Positions 1 through 9,882 of a stretch of 64,000 bases of DNA are shown here, in pieces. The translations under genes were made by a program, and so were the position numbers. The notes under the pieces are model-generated. The model did no database searches. It was not told where the DNA came from and saw only the letters and a list, made by a program, of their open reading frames with translations. The DNA is taken from UHGV virus genome UHGV-2202118, one strand, 5' to 3'. The stretch is from a virus. Numbering within the stretch: the stretch's first letter is position 1; every line of letters starts with the position of its first letter.

Positions 1-2013
1 ACATTCTTCAACATCAGCCTTTGGTCTGTTACCACAATGTTCACAGATTGCTAAGTCAAAGTTAAGCCCCTGATAAAAACCCTTCAACATCCCTCTGGTA
101 ATACAACTTTTAAGTGCTGGTAAGTTTTCTGGGTTAGCTACCCTTACATACTGGATTCTGCCACCTCTACAGATATGGAAGAATGGCTCTTCTAAGTCCT
201 GCTTCTCAAATGGTGAGATGTTTGCTGCAACATTCATATGGAAACTGTTTGTAAAGTATTCCTTGTCAGAAACGCCTTTAATAACACCAAACATATCTCT
301 GAACTGTTTTAGCTGAGTTCCACACAATGACTCTGCTGGAGTGCCATATACTGCATACAGGAAGCCATCTTCATTCTTAAACTCTTCAGTTTTCATGTTA
401 ATGTATGCCAGAACATCGTATGCAAAACTGGAACTTCCAACTTCATGAAGTCGTTTACCTTCAGCAAGAACAGATAACTCATCAAGAGCAGTAACCCCAA
501 AAGAAGCTGTGAAGGACTTCACAATATCCCAACCAACCTTGTCAGTAGGCTTCTTAGTCCCTTTATACAGACCACCTTGTGTGAATGCAAGAGGGTTAGA
601 ACTTGCTGGCATATTGGCAATCATTTCGTAACGTTTCTTATGGAAGCTGCGAATCATTTCTAGGTACTTATCAAGCTCTTTCCAGAAATCTAAACCATTC
701 TCTTTAGAATACTGGTAAATCATTGGTAAGTTCAAAGATACAGCACCAATATTAGCACGACCAACGTAGAACTCTTCTCCATTCTCGTTAAGATATGGGG
801 ATAAGAAAGCTCTGCAACCCATCGGTGAAATTACCTTGCCAGAACGCTCAAAAGCTTCTGCTACAGCACCATGACCAGATACACTTAAGAAATCTGGATA
901 CATCGCTTTAGAGCAACACTCAATAGCTTTGCTGTACAGTTGGCCTTGACAGATATTCTCATCGTGTCTCTTCTGGTCATGAATATAAACCAGTTTAGGG
1001 AATACAACAGGCTTCTTACTCTTACCTTGTCCATTCATGCGAACATCAAGAATGGTGTTTGCAATCATGTATTGCAGTCGGTTGTCTTCATTAGACATAT
1101 CTGAGTCAAGTAATCCAAATGTCAAAGTTGTAAATGCAAAATCACCACGGCTACAAGGTACAGTGTTCAGTTTCATTTCGAGTGACTGGAAACCCTGAGT
1201 TAATTCAAGCTGTAGCTGCTCCATGACATAATTGTGGTAATGTTCTTTAGGAATACCGTAAGATGCTGCTTTCTCAGCATGGTAGCGTAGAGACTTTTTA
1301 GCATACGGTACAAGCACCTTATCAATCTCTGCTAAAGTAAATCCACCAAATTGCTGTGCAGTTGCTGAAAGAACTACATCACCAATAACCTGTAAGGCTG
1401 ACAGCACAGACTTCGGTTCACAGTATTCGATGCCAGACATCTCAAAGCCACCTTTCAGTACTTTACCAATGTCAAACAAGCAACAGTTAATGCCGCCAAA
1501 AATCAGGTCTCTTAAATCGTGGATATAGATAAACCCTTTTTCAATGGCTTCAAGTTCCTCTGGTGTTAAATGGTACTGCTTAAAGATTTCTTTAGTCAGG
1601 TAACCACGAATAATTGAACCTTTTGTAGAAATTAAACTGCTGTCAAAGTTAGCGTTTTCACGGTCACCTAAGAAGAGCGTGTCTCTAGTCTTTTTGTAAA
1701 GCTCATCCCAATTTTGAGCAACCTCTTTACGGTAATTTCTATATGTTGAGTAAGACTCATAAATCTCGTGATTGACTTCTGCCAAAGCACCCTCAACAAT
1801 ACTGTGAATATCATTTACCGAAATTAGCAAATTATTCTGCTTAGTGGACTTTACCAGAATCCTCATAAATGCTGACTCAAGAGCTTGAGTAACATCTGGT
1901 GGAAGCTCTTTATAACCAACTCTGTTAGCTGACTTTGTGACTGCTGCTAAAACTTTTTTGATATTAGGTTCTTCAAGTGAGCCATTCTTTTTAATAATCT
2001 GTACTTTGTTCAT
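1..2013 (-). CDS. nrdD: anaerobic ribonucleoside-triphosphate reductase (class III), C-terminal part cut off by window start
   Basis: Long open frame on minus strand running off the window edge, start ATG at 2011-2013 with AGGGG RBS; N-terminal ATP-cone-like MNKVQIIKKNGSLEEPNIKKV; motif HDLRDLIFGGINCCLFD resembles the NCCL region of T4 NrdD as I recall it. Confidence 0.75.
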   Translation of the reverse strand, partial: MNKVQIIKKNGSLEEPNIKKVLAAVTKSANRVGYKELPPDVTQALESAFMRILVKSTKQNNLLISVNDIHSIVEGALAEVNHEIYESYSTYRNYRKEVAQNWDELYKKTRDTLFLGDRENANFDSSLISTKGSIIRGYLTKEIFKQYHLTPEELEAIEKGFIYIHDLRDLIFGGINCCLFDIGKVLKGGFEMSGIEYCEPKSVLSALQVIGDVVLSATAQQFGGFTLAEIDKVLVPYAKKSLRYHAEKAASYGIPKEHYHNYVMEQLQLELTQGFQSLEMKLNTVPCSRGDFAFTTLTFGLLDSDMSNEDNRLQYMIANTILDVRMNGQGKSKKPVVFPKLVYIHDQKRHDENICQGQLYSKAIECCSKAMYPDFLSVSGHGAVAEAFERSGKVISPMGCRAFLSPYLNENGEEFYVGRANIGAVSLNLPMIYQYSKENGLDFWKELDKYLEMIRSFHKKRYEMIANMPASSNPLAFTQGGLYKGTKKPTDKVGWDIVKSFTASFGVTALDELSVLAEGKRLHEVGSSSFAYDVLAYINMKTEEFKNEDGFLYAVYGTPAESLCGTQLKQFRDMFGVIKGVSDKEYFTNSFHMNVAANISPFEKQDLEEPFFHICRGGRIQYVRVANPENLPALKSCITRGMLKGFYQGLNFDLAICEHCGNRPKADVEEC

Positions 2014-2030
2014 TATTGCCCCTTTACATG

Positions 2031-2053
2031 CTAAAAAGGTCTCCGAAGAGACC
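2031..2053 (-). terminator. hairpin GGTCTC-TTCG-GAGACC followed by T-run on minus strand
   Basis: Perfect 6-bp stem with tetraloop then TTTTT on minus strand, upstream of nrdD. Confidence 0.5.
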
Positions 2054-2061
2054 CTTTCATT

Positions 2062-2268
2062 TTAAATCTTTTTAGAAAACTTAGAAACGAGTTTTCTCAG
2101 TTTTTCAGTGATGCCTAGCTGTATCTCTAATATTTCAAAGATAACCCATAGTAACATGGCCCCAAACAATGAACCTTGTTCAAAATCAGTAAATAGGTTA
2201 ACAATCAGCATACCAATCACAATAGCTGGTGCATCGACAACCAAACCTTCCCAAATGCGTTTAAGCAT
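2062..2268 (-). CDS. small hydrophobic (membrane) protein, unknown function
   Basis: 68-aa ORF with hydrophobic stretches AIVIGMLIVNLF and LFGAMLLWVIF. Confidence 0.35.
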   Translation of the reverse strand: MLKRIWEGLVVDAPAIVIGMLIVNLFTDFEQGSLFGAMLLWVIFEILEIQLGITEKLRKLVSKFSKKI

Positions 2269-2503
2269 TATTCACCTCTGCCATAAAATTCTGTAGCGTC
2301 CCAACAGGTTTTAGGTTTTGTCCATCAGTTTTCATGATGAACGGCATCTGACGAACTGGCATCTGTGCAATATCCATCAGGTCTGATAGTTCATAGTCCT
2401 GCCCTAACATTCTCACAACATGGTCAATACCACGAGCTTTTGCAAAATTCTTTGCAGTCTCACACTGAGGGCATCCAGTTTTGGAGTAAATTACATAAGT
2501 CAT
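2261..2503 (-). CDS. glutaredoxin/thioredoxin-like redoxin (NrdH/NrdC-type)
   Basis: 80 aa with CPQC active-site motif near N-terminus; sits between nrdD and nrdB. Confidence 0.7.
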   Translation of the reverse strand: MTYVIYSKTGCPQCETAKNFAKARGIDHVVRMLGQDYELSDLMDIAQMPVRQMPFIMKTDGQNLKPVGTLQNFMAEVNNA

Positions 2504-3576
2504 TAAGGAACCTCTAAAAATCCACTATTCAAATCATCTACAACAGTATTCAACAGGTACGCACCGTTCTGTTGCTCCTGATTAGCATTCTGCTCTTTAT
2601 CAATTTCCATCTTCTTAATCATGTACTTCAAAGGTGGTTCTTTAGGAGCTACAAAATCTCTGGGAATGCCAAACATGTCATACAGTGGGGCAGCATTATA
2701 GTAAACCCACTCATGGAGAAGCTTTGTATTTAAGCCAACTACAGCACGTCCTTCGGAGAAGATATAATACGACCATTTCTCTTCACTTTCAACTACTTCA
2801 TCTAAGATTACTTTAATCTCTGGAAGAATTTGTTGAAAAGCTTTCTGCCACTCATCATCTCTTAAAGTTTCTTTTAAAACTTCAATATCAATTTTAGTGT
2901 GAAGGATTTCGTCAAGCATAATTTTCTGGACAGCTTGAGCAATACCCTGAAATTTATCTTGAGCATCAAGTGCAAAAGTACATGCAAAGGATGCCATAAA
3001 AGATATACCTTCAAGTGCAGTCACTGCAAATAGACCTTTTAAAATCACTTTATGGAAGTGTAAAGGGTCTTTGTCCAGAAGTGAATCACGGACATAACTC
3101 AGTCGGTAGTTTATCCCTTCATCCAGTAATTCTTCAAGAACACGATTCACAGTTTTTAATCGGTCTTGCACAGCAACATTCTGGTTAATCTCATCTAAGA
3201 TTGTTTCAGGGTTTTTAATACATTGTCTTACAATCTCTGAGTAAGTAAGAGCATGTAGGTTTTCAATCTCAGACTGCTTCATAATTGCAGTTGCATAAAT
3301 GTCATCAGAGATAAAAGGTGCAAAGGCAAATGCCAAGCTCTTAGCAACTTGAGTGTCTGCTTCCCATTGCCACTTAAGAATCTCAAGCATTACACCTGAC
3401 ATTGATGCTGGAACACTCTCAAAATCAAGACGTGATTGTTCAAAAGGAAACTCATCTTCTGACCAGTCTTGTGCTTTTTGTTGTTTATAAAGTTCAAAGA
3501 TTTTTGGGTAGTGTTTATTAAGTGAGTCAAAAGTTTTTCTCTCACCACCTAAAAAGATTGGGTGCTGGTTAATCAT
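2503..3576 (-). CDS. nrdB: ribonucleotide reductase small subunit (class I)
   Basis: About 357 aa adjacent to nrdA; tracked ORF starts at 3636 but the Met at 3576 overlaps the upstream stop as ATGA (translational coupling), so 3576 is the likelier start. Confidence 0.75.
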   Translation of the reverse strand: MINQHPIFLGGERKTFDSLNKHYPKIFELYKQQKAQDWSEDEFPFEQSRLDFESVPASMSGVMLEILKWQWEADTQVAKSLAFAFAPFISDDIYATAIMKQSEIENLHALTYSEIVRQCIKNPETILDEINQNVAVQDRLKTVNRVLEELLDEGINYRLSYVRDSLLDKDPLHFHKVILKGLFAVTALEGISFMASFACTFALDAQDKFQGIAQAVQKIMLDEILHTKIDIEVLKETLRDDEWQKAFQQILPEIKVILDEVVESEEKWSYYIFSEGRAVVGLNTKLLHEWVYYNAAPLYDMFGIPRDFVAPKEPPLKYMIKKMEIDKEQNANQEQQNGAYLLNTVVDDLNSGFLEVP

Positions 3577-3830
3577 AGCGTGATTTCTCCTTTCTTTATC
3601 ATTTCTAAGGCTTGTTTTCTGTCTAAAACTTCCCAATTTTCTTTGTTAAACATCTCATAAGGTCTTGCGTAGATTTTACCATCTGCTGTAGAGATGTAAG
3701 AGATACCAGCAACCCATGAGTCATCATTTTGTTTTATCATCATGTCTGTGCTACTCACATAGTACATCGTTTTCCGAGGCTTGTGGAGCAAGTATATAGG
3801 TCGCTCATGTTTTTCTATTAAATCTTTCAT
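3573..3830 (-). CDS. hypothetical protein between nrdA and nrdB
   Basis: ORF 3573-3914 in the track; internal start at 3830 (MKDLIEK) has a GGAGAG RBS and avoids overlap with nrdA. Confidence 0.4.
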   Translation of the reverse strand: MKDLIEKHERPIYLLHKPRKTMYYVSSTDMMIKQNDDSWVAGISYISTADGKIYARPYEMFNKENWEVLDRKQALEMIKKGEITL

Positions 3831-3885
3831 GGTCTCTCCAAAGTTATTTTTAGAGGGTCTTTTACGACCCTCATAATTGTTAAAA

Positions 3886-6120
3886 CTAAACACCACAACC
3901 CTCGCAATAAGCATCTTGCAGTGCAGATTTACCTACACCAATGCGACTGTTAAGGTAGTACATGGTTTTCATACCTACCGAGTTGGCATAAATCATGTAC
4001 TTCAAAGCTTGAGCCAATGATACCTTCTTAGCTTTTGCGTAGTCAACATAGAAATCTGAAGAGATAGCTTGACCAGTGAACTTTTGAACAATTGCATAAC
4101 AATCAATCAGGTCAAAGGTGTCAATACCCCAAGCAATTTCATATACATACTTCAACTCTTCATAATCTGGAACAATAAACAGCACGTTACCAGTTGCAGA
4201 CTTTTTAGTTAAAATAAAGTCACGAATTGGGTACAAGCCGTTTGTCGTATTAGTTGCTAGTGAAGAACTCTCATTAGGCATGTAAGCTTCTAATACAGAG
4301 TTTCGGATTCCACCATTTTCTTTGATACGTTGTGCTAAGTCATCCCAATCATATCTTAGTTTTGCATCATGCTTCTCATCAATCTTCTTGTTGGCTGTCT
4401 TTGGAGGAACCCAACCTTCAGGGTACTTAGTGAACTGCATATACTCAGGTACACCACGTTCTTTAGCAAGTCTTAAAGAAGCTTCGTGTAAGTAGTAAGA
4501 GTGCATCTCTGCCAGTTCATGGAGTTTCGTTTTACCTGCTCGTGAAGAGTAGTTCACGTAGTTCTTCGCAAGGTAATGAGCCACATTTGTAAGGCCAATC
4601 CCAACAGAACGACGCTTCTGAACATGGTTACGCATCGACGGATACGGATAATCCATAAGGTCAATAACGGAGTCAACCATTGCAAGAGCATAATAAGCAA
4701 CGTCAGCGTATTCATCTTCTGAAATTCTCCCTGCAACCAAACTAGCTAGGAAGCAAAGAGCCACCTCACCATCCTCTTTCACAGCATCGTCTCTGTAAAG
4801 GTCTGTCTCTTTCTCAAAACCATACACTGGCAATACAATTTCCATACAAAGATTTGACATCTTCAATGGTTCTTTAAATGGTGTATGTGTGTTTGCGTTG
4901 TTAGTGAAGAATGGATACACACGACCTGTAGCATAACGCTGTTGAATAAACAGCTTAGCAATTTCACGAGCCTTGACTCGTCTGTGCTTAACTCCTGAAT
5001 GTACTGCGTGACCAACTGCCATAGCAAACTCATCAGCAGATGCTGTGTAGAACATGTCATAGAGTTTTGGTGCATCTTTGTAAGAGAATAGCAACCAATC
5101 TGTATCATACTGAACACACTGCCAGAAATAATCGTTTGTGCCGAATGAGTAGTCCATCTCATTAATACGTTTAGAAGGAACCGTTGTAGGGTGCTTCAAA
5201 CGCAGTAAATCTTCAATCTGCGGGTCTAGAGCAGTGTAGAAGTTATTAGCTGAACCACCACGACTCTTCTGTTTGTTTGCCTCTACAGATGAACGTACAA
5301 GCTTGTAATAAGGCAGTTTACCCATGTGTTCGATAGTGTTTTGACGGATACCATCACCAATAGTGCGAGTCTCCATCAGCATACCGATACCAGCTTGCTT
5401 TGTAGTCATATCATAAGCAACCTTTGCAGCAATACCAAGTGATTCAGCAGTATCGTTTGCCTTAATCAAGCAGCATGACGCATAACCTGATTTAGTTGCC
5501 CTCAAACCGTTTAAATAAGGCGTAGGAGCGTTAATCTTCAGGTCAGATAGGTAAGTGTACAGCTTGATAACATCTTGCAGTCTACGGTGCTTTGGTTGCT
5601 TCTCAAAGGCTTTCATAGCCATACCCATAAACATAAACTGTGGTGACTCAAAAAGTCTTCCCGTTTTAATATCACGGATACCATACTTGTCTCTGAACTG
5701 TTTCAGGACTGCATAACCATAAGAGATATCTTTTGAGTGCACAATGTACCCTTGCAGGTATTCAAGCTCTTCCTGGGAATAGTCCATCTTCTCCCAAAGT
5801 CCTGCTCTCTCCATATTTTTAACGAAGGTAACCAGCGTAGGAACCTTAGTAAAGCCTCCAAAGGCTTCTTTGTAGATAATTCCTAGAAGTAGCCGTCCAG
5901 CCATATCTGAGTACTCTTGAGTTTGTTTATCAACACAAACATCAATCATGGCTTGGTGCATCTCTTTTGTAGTGCAACCCTCATAGACACGTTTCATAGC
6001 TTCCATAGTGACTTCTGACCAGATAATTCCACGTTTATCTGCCCATGATGCCCACTTATTCAGTCTTTCTGGGTCAAAGCTTACTACTGTACCGTTTGAT
6101 TTTTTAATTGTCTTAATCAT
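3886..6120 (-). CDS. nrdA: ribonucleotide reductase large subunit (class I)
   Basis: 744 aa; N-terminal ATP-cone (IKKSNGTVVSFDPERL); NLCMEI active-site motif; C-terminal redox cysteine pair YCEGCGV. Confidence 0.9.
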   Translation of the reverse strand: MIKTIKKSNGTVVSFDPERLNKWASWADKRGIIWSEVTMEAMKRVYEGCTTKEMHQAMIDVCVDKQTQEYSDMAGRLLLGIIYKEAFGGFTKVPTLVTFVKNMERAGLWEKMDYSQEELEYLQGYIVHSKDISYGYAVLKQFRDKYGIRDIKTGRLFESPQFMFMGMAMKAFEKQPKHRRLQDVIKLYTYLSDLKINAPTPYLNGLRATKSGYASCCLIKANDTAESLGIAAKVAYDMTTKQAGIGMLMETRTIGDGIRQNTIEHMGKLPYYKLVRSSVEANKQKSRGGSANNFYTALDPQIEDLLRLKHPTTVPSKRINEMDYSFGTNDYFWQCVQYDTDWLLFSYKDAPKLYDMFYTASADEFAMAVGHAVHSGVKHRRVKAREIAKLFIQQRYATGRVYPFFTNNANTHTPFKEPLKMSNLCMEIVLPVYGFEKETDLYRDDAVKEDGEVALCFLASLVAGRISEDEYADVAYYALAMVDSVIDLMDYPYPSMRNHVQKRRSVGIGLTNVAHYLAKNYVNYSSRAGKTKLHELAEMHSYYLHEASLRLAKERGVPEYMQFTKYPEGWVPPKTANKKIDEKHDAKLRYDWDDLAQRIKENGGIRNSVLEAYMPNESSSLATNTTNGLYPIRDFILTKKSATGNVLFIVPDYEELKYVYEIAWGIDTFDLIDCYAIVQKFTGQAISSDFYVDYAKAKKVSLAQALKYMIYANSVGMKTMYYLNSRIGVGKSALQDAYCEGCGV

Positions 6121-6134
6121 TTTTGAATCCTACA

Positions 6135-6160
6135 GATGAAAAGAGCCTCCGAAGAGGCTC
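6135..6160 (-). terminator. hairpin GAGCCTC-TTCG-GAGGCTC plus T-run on minus strand
   Basis: 7-bp perfect stem with TTCG loop, TTTT following on minus strand, immediately upstream of nrdA. Confidence 0.5.
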
Positions 6161-6166
6161 CCTAGT

Positions 6167-6505
6167 TTAAATCTTGAAAATTTGCTCATTCTGCCACATA
6201 TCGTAAAACTTATCACTTACTTTTGTGACTGAAGAAGTGTGCATACAATTCAGGGAGAACCATGATGATGTATTATCATCCATAAGTGTTTCAAGTTTTT
6301 GTGTAACGTTCACATCCATGTCTGCAACAACGTAATTGCCTCGCATCTTGCAAACAATTCTTCCAAACAAGATTGCACTTCTACCTCTTCGGTCATCACA
6401 GTACATAACTGTGTCCCCGTGCTTAACATCTTGTCCGAGGCTGTCAACGCCTAACTTAGCACCTGAGACAATATCATCATAAGATAGCTTTTTTGCTTTA
6501 GACAC
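6167..6505 (-). CDS. hypothetical protein
   Basis: 112-aa ORF in an operon-like minus-strand run. Confidence 0.4.
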   Translation of the reverse strand: MSKAKKLSYDDIVSGAKLGVDSLGQDVKHGDTVMYCDDRRGRSAILFGRIVCKMRGNYVVADMDVNVTQKLETLMDDNTSSWFSLNCMHTSSVTKVSDKFYDMWQNEQIFKI

Positions 6506-6830
6506 GGTATTTCTCCAAGTTTCTTTTTAGATACAACCAACCATAGTCAGTCCTTTCTACACCCATAAAGAGTGGAGCCATCACAACTTTACCGAAAGTA
6601 TTCCTGTGTTGGCAGATTTCAAAGGAATATTCTTTCTCAATATCAATCCCGTATTTGTACAGGACTGCTTTTAAAACTTGTTCATTGTCCAGAAGTGTAT
6701 CTGGAGTCTCACCATATTTTTCTAGTAACGGGTCATTCATAAACACCGTCATAGAAATATTGTAGTTTGAGAAGTGGCTCTTCTGAGCCACACCCTCTTT
6801 ATTAATGTTCTGTGAATCCATTATAACCAA
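6498..6830 (-). CDS. hypothetical protein
   Basis: 110-aa ORF, small overlap with neighbours. Confidence 0.4.
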   Translation of the reverse strand: MVIMDSQNINKEGVAQKSHFSNYNISMTVFMNDPLLEKYGETPDTLLDNEQVLKAVLYKYGIDIEKEYSFEICQHRNTFGKVVMAPLFMGVERTDYGWLYLKRNLEKYRV

Positions 6831-7557
6831 CCCCTTTTAACCAGCACTTCAGGTTATTAGCATCATAATTCAGTTTCGGGTATGAGGTTACATGGAACTG
6901 CTCACCATCATAGTAGATAATGTCTGCAATCCATAGTCCATTCTCTTTACAGAAGTCTTTATCTGCTTTAGAGGTAATTGGATTAACTTCTACAAAACCA
7001 TCTACACCTAAATCCTTTAAACTATCTACAATACCTTTGCAGATAACGCATGTCTCAGATACTACCACAAAAAGTTCTTGGCTTTCAAGTTCTACAATGT
7101 ATTCACCAAGCTGTACTTTAGGGAGATTCGATTGCTTCATAATCTTCCCATCTGCTGCACGAACAATGGCATACCACTCTTTACCATCAACTACTGACAT
7201 TCTGATAATACACTCTTGACCAGTACGCTTCTCAATATCTGCAAGACGTTTTAAAGCTTCTTCATAGTCATCTGTGTACTTCAGGTCATTATTACGGCAA
7301 ACAGCTTTCATAGCACCGTTATGGTCATGTTGTGACAGGTAAATCAAACCGTCAAGAACATATTGCAAATCTGCCTGAGCATCCAGTGTCTCAATGGGGT
7401 CTTTCTCTTCAATTGCTTTTACAAGCTCTTTTGCTTCTTCCAGCATACACAGAGACTGGGATTTTAAAGATTCCCAATACTCATCACTGTAAGGTTGCTT
7501 TTGAGTGTTTCCACAACGAAGATTCCAGTTTTTTACTGCTTCTCTTGAGTTAAACAT
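6802..7557 (-). CDS. hypothetical protein (possible MazG-like N-terminal segment, unverified)
   Basis: 251-aa ORF; acidic helical segment LEEAKELVKAIEEKDPIETLDAQADLQYVLDGL. Confidence 0.4.
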   Translation of the reverse strand: MFNSREAVKNWNLRCGNTQKQPYSDEYWESLKSQSLCMLEEAKELVKAIEEKDPIETLDAQADLQYVLDGLIYLSQHDHNGAMKAVCRNNDLKYTDDYEEALKRLADIEKRTGQECIIRMSVVDGKEWYAIVRAADGKIMKQSNLPKVQLGEYIVELESQELFVVVSETCVICKGIVDSLKDLGVDGFVEVNPITSKADKDFCKENGLWIADIIYYDGEQFHVTSYPKLNYDANNLKCWLKGVGYNGFTEH

Positions 7558-7795
7558 TTGGACTCCTTAAAAATCTGTTAACCTTTAGCTCTCGTGTTTC
7601 AATATATTCCAGATGCTCACGTAGCTCTTGGCGTTTAAGTATTAGATGCTGCATTTGTGATTCAACAGCTTCAACTTCTTTAATTATTGACTCTCTAGCA
7701 TTTGCAAGAATGCGCTCAAGTTCTTCAATCTTACTGTCAACTTTTGCTACATGACTCACAGCTTTGCTTTTGTTAAACATTTTATTCTCTCTCAA
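7550..7795 (-). CDS. hypothetical coiled-coil protein
   Basis: 81-aa ORF rich in E/K/R heptad-like sequence. Confidence 0.35.
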   Translation of the reverse strand: MRENKMFNKSKAVSHVAKVDSKIEELERILANARESIIKEVEAVESQMQHLILKRQELREHLEYIETRELKVNRFLRSPNV

Positions 7796-7801
7796 TAGTT
7801 A

Positions 7802-8299
7802 TCAAGCACAATTTGCTTTCATTACCTTATGGATTCTTTTTTCAGCATCTTCATAAGTTTCTTTAGTAATAAACTTAATTGCTGCAATATTGGCATTGTA
7901 GAAGAGTCTGAGCTTAGAGTCAATCCTTTTTGTCATTACATCGAATTTATGTTGAAGGTTTGCTTCACCATAGACTAGGCCACCTTTTGTGTAGTAGGTT
8001 TGGATAATGTAAAAGTCAAAAAATTCTTTTCCAAAGCTCTCAATATCTTTTTTAATATACTCAGAAGAGGTTTCGTAAGTCATCCAATCACTTTCCTTAG
8101 TGACTACCTTCTTCCGAGTCTTCCCAGCAACTTTTCTTTTGGTCACACTGTTAAGCTGTTTCTTTCCGATATAATATTGTCCAGTCTTCTTACAGTGCAC
8201 TAAATAGACAAAGCCAAAATGTTTAGTGGGGTCAACTTCCCCACATAAAGACACCCAATGACCATAGGTAGGGCAATTGCCAAATCCTTTAATCTTCAT
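7802..8299 (-). CDS. GIY-YIG homing endonuclease
   Basis: 165 aa with GFVYLVHCKKTGQYYIGKK, matching the GIY...YIG motif spacing. Confidence 0.7.
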   Translation of the reverse strand: MKIKGFGNCPTYGHWVSLCGEVDPTKHFGFVYLVHCKKTGQYYIGKKQLNSVTKRKVAGKTRKKVVTKESDWMTYETSSEYIKKDIESFGKEFFDFYIIQTYYTKGGLVYGEANLQHKFDVMTKRIDSKLRLFYNANIAAIKFITKETYEDAEKRIHKVMKANCA

Positions 8300-8820
8300 T
8301 CATAAGCTTCTCCGTGATTTGAAAACTCTTTATGTAGTTCTTCTCTTTTCTTTTTGACAACTGATTCAGCCTCAGTGATAGAGTCAAATAAACCTAGATG
8401 GTAGCATACTTTATTATGCTTGACTTGTGCAGCCCATCTACCTCTTTGCTTGTGGTAATATACACCCTTCACACCAGACTTATTATCTTTTCTTTTGACT
8501 GCATTGCAGTTGTTGTCTGACCTGCTACACTCTCTCAAATTGTCGAACCAGTTGTCGTGCCTGATACCATTCTTGTGGTCAACAAATTTTGGGAGGTAGC
8601 CTTTCATATACAAGACTGCCAGTCTGTGTGCTGCATATCTTTTTCCGAAGAGTTTTATATAGATATAACCACTATGGTGTTTAAGACCTGCTACTGAGCC
8701 AGCTTTGGCCTTACCTCTTCTACCAACTAACCAAGTAAAGACCCCTGTTTCGGGGTCATAGTGCAGGTATTCTTTAAGAGTTTGTTGAGTTAACATTTGG
8801 TGTCCACCCATACTTATCAA
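8296..8820 (-). CDS. HNH homing endonuclease with AP2-type DNA-binding domain
   Basis: 174 aa; HKNGIRHDNWFDNLRECSRSDN HNH core; GVYYHKQRGRWAAQV...LGLFDSITEAE AP2-like segment. Confidence 0.75.
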   Translation of the reverse strand: MISMGGHQMLTQQTLKEYLHYDPETGVFTWLVGRRGKAKAGSVAGLKHHSGYIYIKLFGKRYAAHRLAVLYMKGYLPKFVDHKNGIRHDNWFDNLRECSRSDNNCNAVKRKDNKSGVKGVYYHKQRGRWAAQVKHNKVCYHLGLFDSITEAESVVKKKREELHKEFSNHGEAYE

Positions 8821-9820
8821 AAGTAAAATCGTCTTTTTTATTTCTTTCCTGATAAGCTAAGAAAAAGTGTTGCTGCATTAATTCTAAAGGTGTTCTGGTA
8901 ATTGTTTGACCATCCCATGATACATAAGTGTAGGAGTCTTTCTTAGCATATAGCTCGTAAATTGCATCAAGACACTCTTTGTAAGTTGTTTTCCCTTCAA
9001 GAGCCTTCATCACAGCAGCTTTGCCAACACCCTTTAAACCAAAGTAATTATCCGCATTATCACCAGCCACAGCTTGATAACAAAGAAATTTAAAACCTAC
9101 ACCAACTGTCTTCTTAGCTTTTGGTGTCGATTTTATTGGACAATCCCAAATTTCACCAACGTTGTTATCAGCAATGAAAATTAAAGGTGATTTTTCATAG
9201 GTCATATCAATGCAGTAAGTACCTTCAGCTTGGCGAAGGTCTTTATCAATACTCATTAAGGCAGCCTTTTTTCCCATCTTTTCAGCTTTAGCGATAACGA
9301 TAGAGTCAGCTTCAAATCCATCAAGAATCAATTTAAACTCTGGTCTTGACAGAAGATACTCACGACAAGCAACTAAGTGTGTTGGTGTGACAGCATCTTT
9401 GCGGTTACCTTGATATTGGTGCTCAAGACCTTTAATGTCTTTATGTTTATGCACACCTTTCTCTGTTAAATAACCTACCCAAGTTCTCTCTTTACCAACA
9501 ATCTTAAGCCATTCCTGAAGCACCTGTTGAGTAGCCATGATAGCTTCTTTTTCACTCTTAGCTTCTTTCCAAGTCTGTCTTTCCCATTCATCTTCATCAA
9601 ATGTCAGGCCAAGCTCTTCCACAAGGATTCTCTGGTCTGCTAACCATCTTGCAGCATCTTTTGCATTATCAAATGATTCAGATTCTTCTGCTGTGAGTTT
9701 ATTGACATATTTATATTTTGCTTTCTCAACTACACAAGCGCCTTTATAGGCAATACTGTCAGAGTCAATAAAAACATGTGTAACTGAATCGGGAAGTTTT
9801 GTTAATGTGTACTTCTCCAT
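8774..9820 (-). CDS. 5'-3' exonuclease / RNase H (FEN family)
   Basis: 348 aa; acidic motifs VFIDSDSIA, GFEADSIVI and ALMSIDKDLRQ resemble T4 RNase H catalytic clusters. Confidence 0.6.
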   Translation of the reverse strand: MEKYTLTKLPDSVTHVFIDSDSIAYKGACVVEKAKYKYVNKLTAEESESFDNAKDAARWLADQRILVEELGLTFDEDEWERQTWKEAKSEKEAIMATQQVLQEWLKIVGKERTWVGYLTEKGVHKHKDIKGLEHQYQGNRKDAVTPTHLVACREYLLSRPEFKLILDGFEADSIVIAKAEKMGKKAALMSIDKDLRQAEGTYCIDMTYEKSPLIFIADNNVGEIWDCPIKSTPKAKKTVGVGFKFLCYQAVAGDNADNYFGLKGVGKAAVMKALEGKTTYKECLDAIYELYAKKDSYTYVSWDGQTITRTPLELMQQHFFLAYQERNKKDDFTFDKYGWTPNVNSTNS

Positions 9821-9834
9821 TATGGCTCTCCATA

Positions 9835-9863
9835 TGAAAAAGCCCCATACTAAGTACAGGGCT
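9835..9863 (-). terminator. hairpin followed by T-run on minus strand
   Basis: AGCCC/GGGCT 5-bp stem with 13-nt loop, TTTTT on minus strand after the 9883-10740 gene. Confidence 0.4.
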
Positions 9864-9882
9864 TTAAAGTAACTTTTAGAGA

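Noticed and set aside
3577-3636. Upstream 20-codon extension of nrdB in the ORF track
   Set aside because: The Met at 3576 overlaps the stop of the upstream gene as ATGA, and the extension (MGSFRQKTSLRNDKERRNHA) overlaps that gene's coding region.
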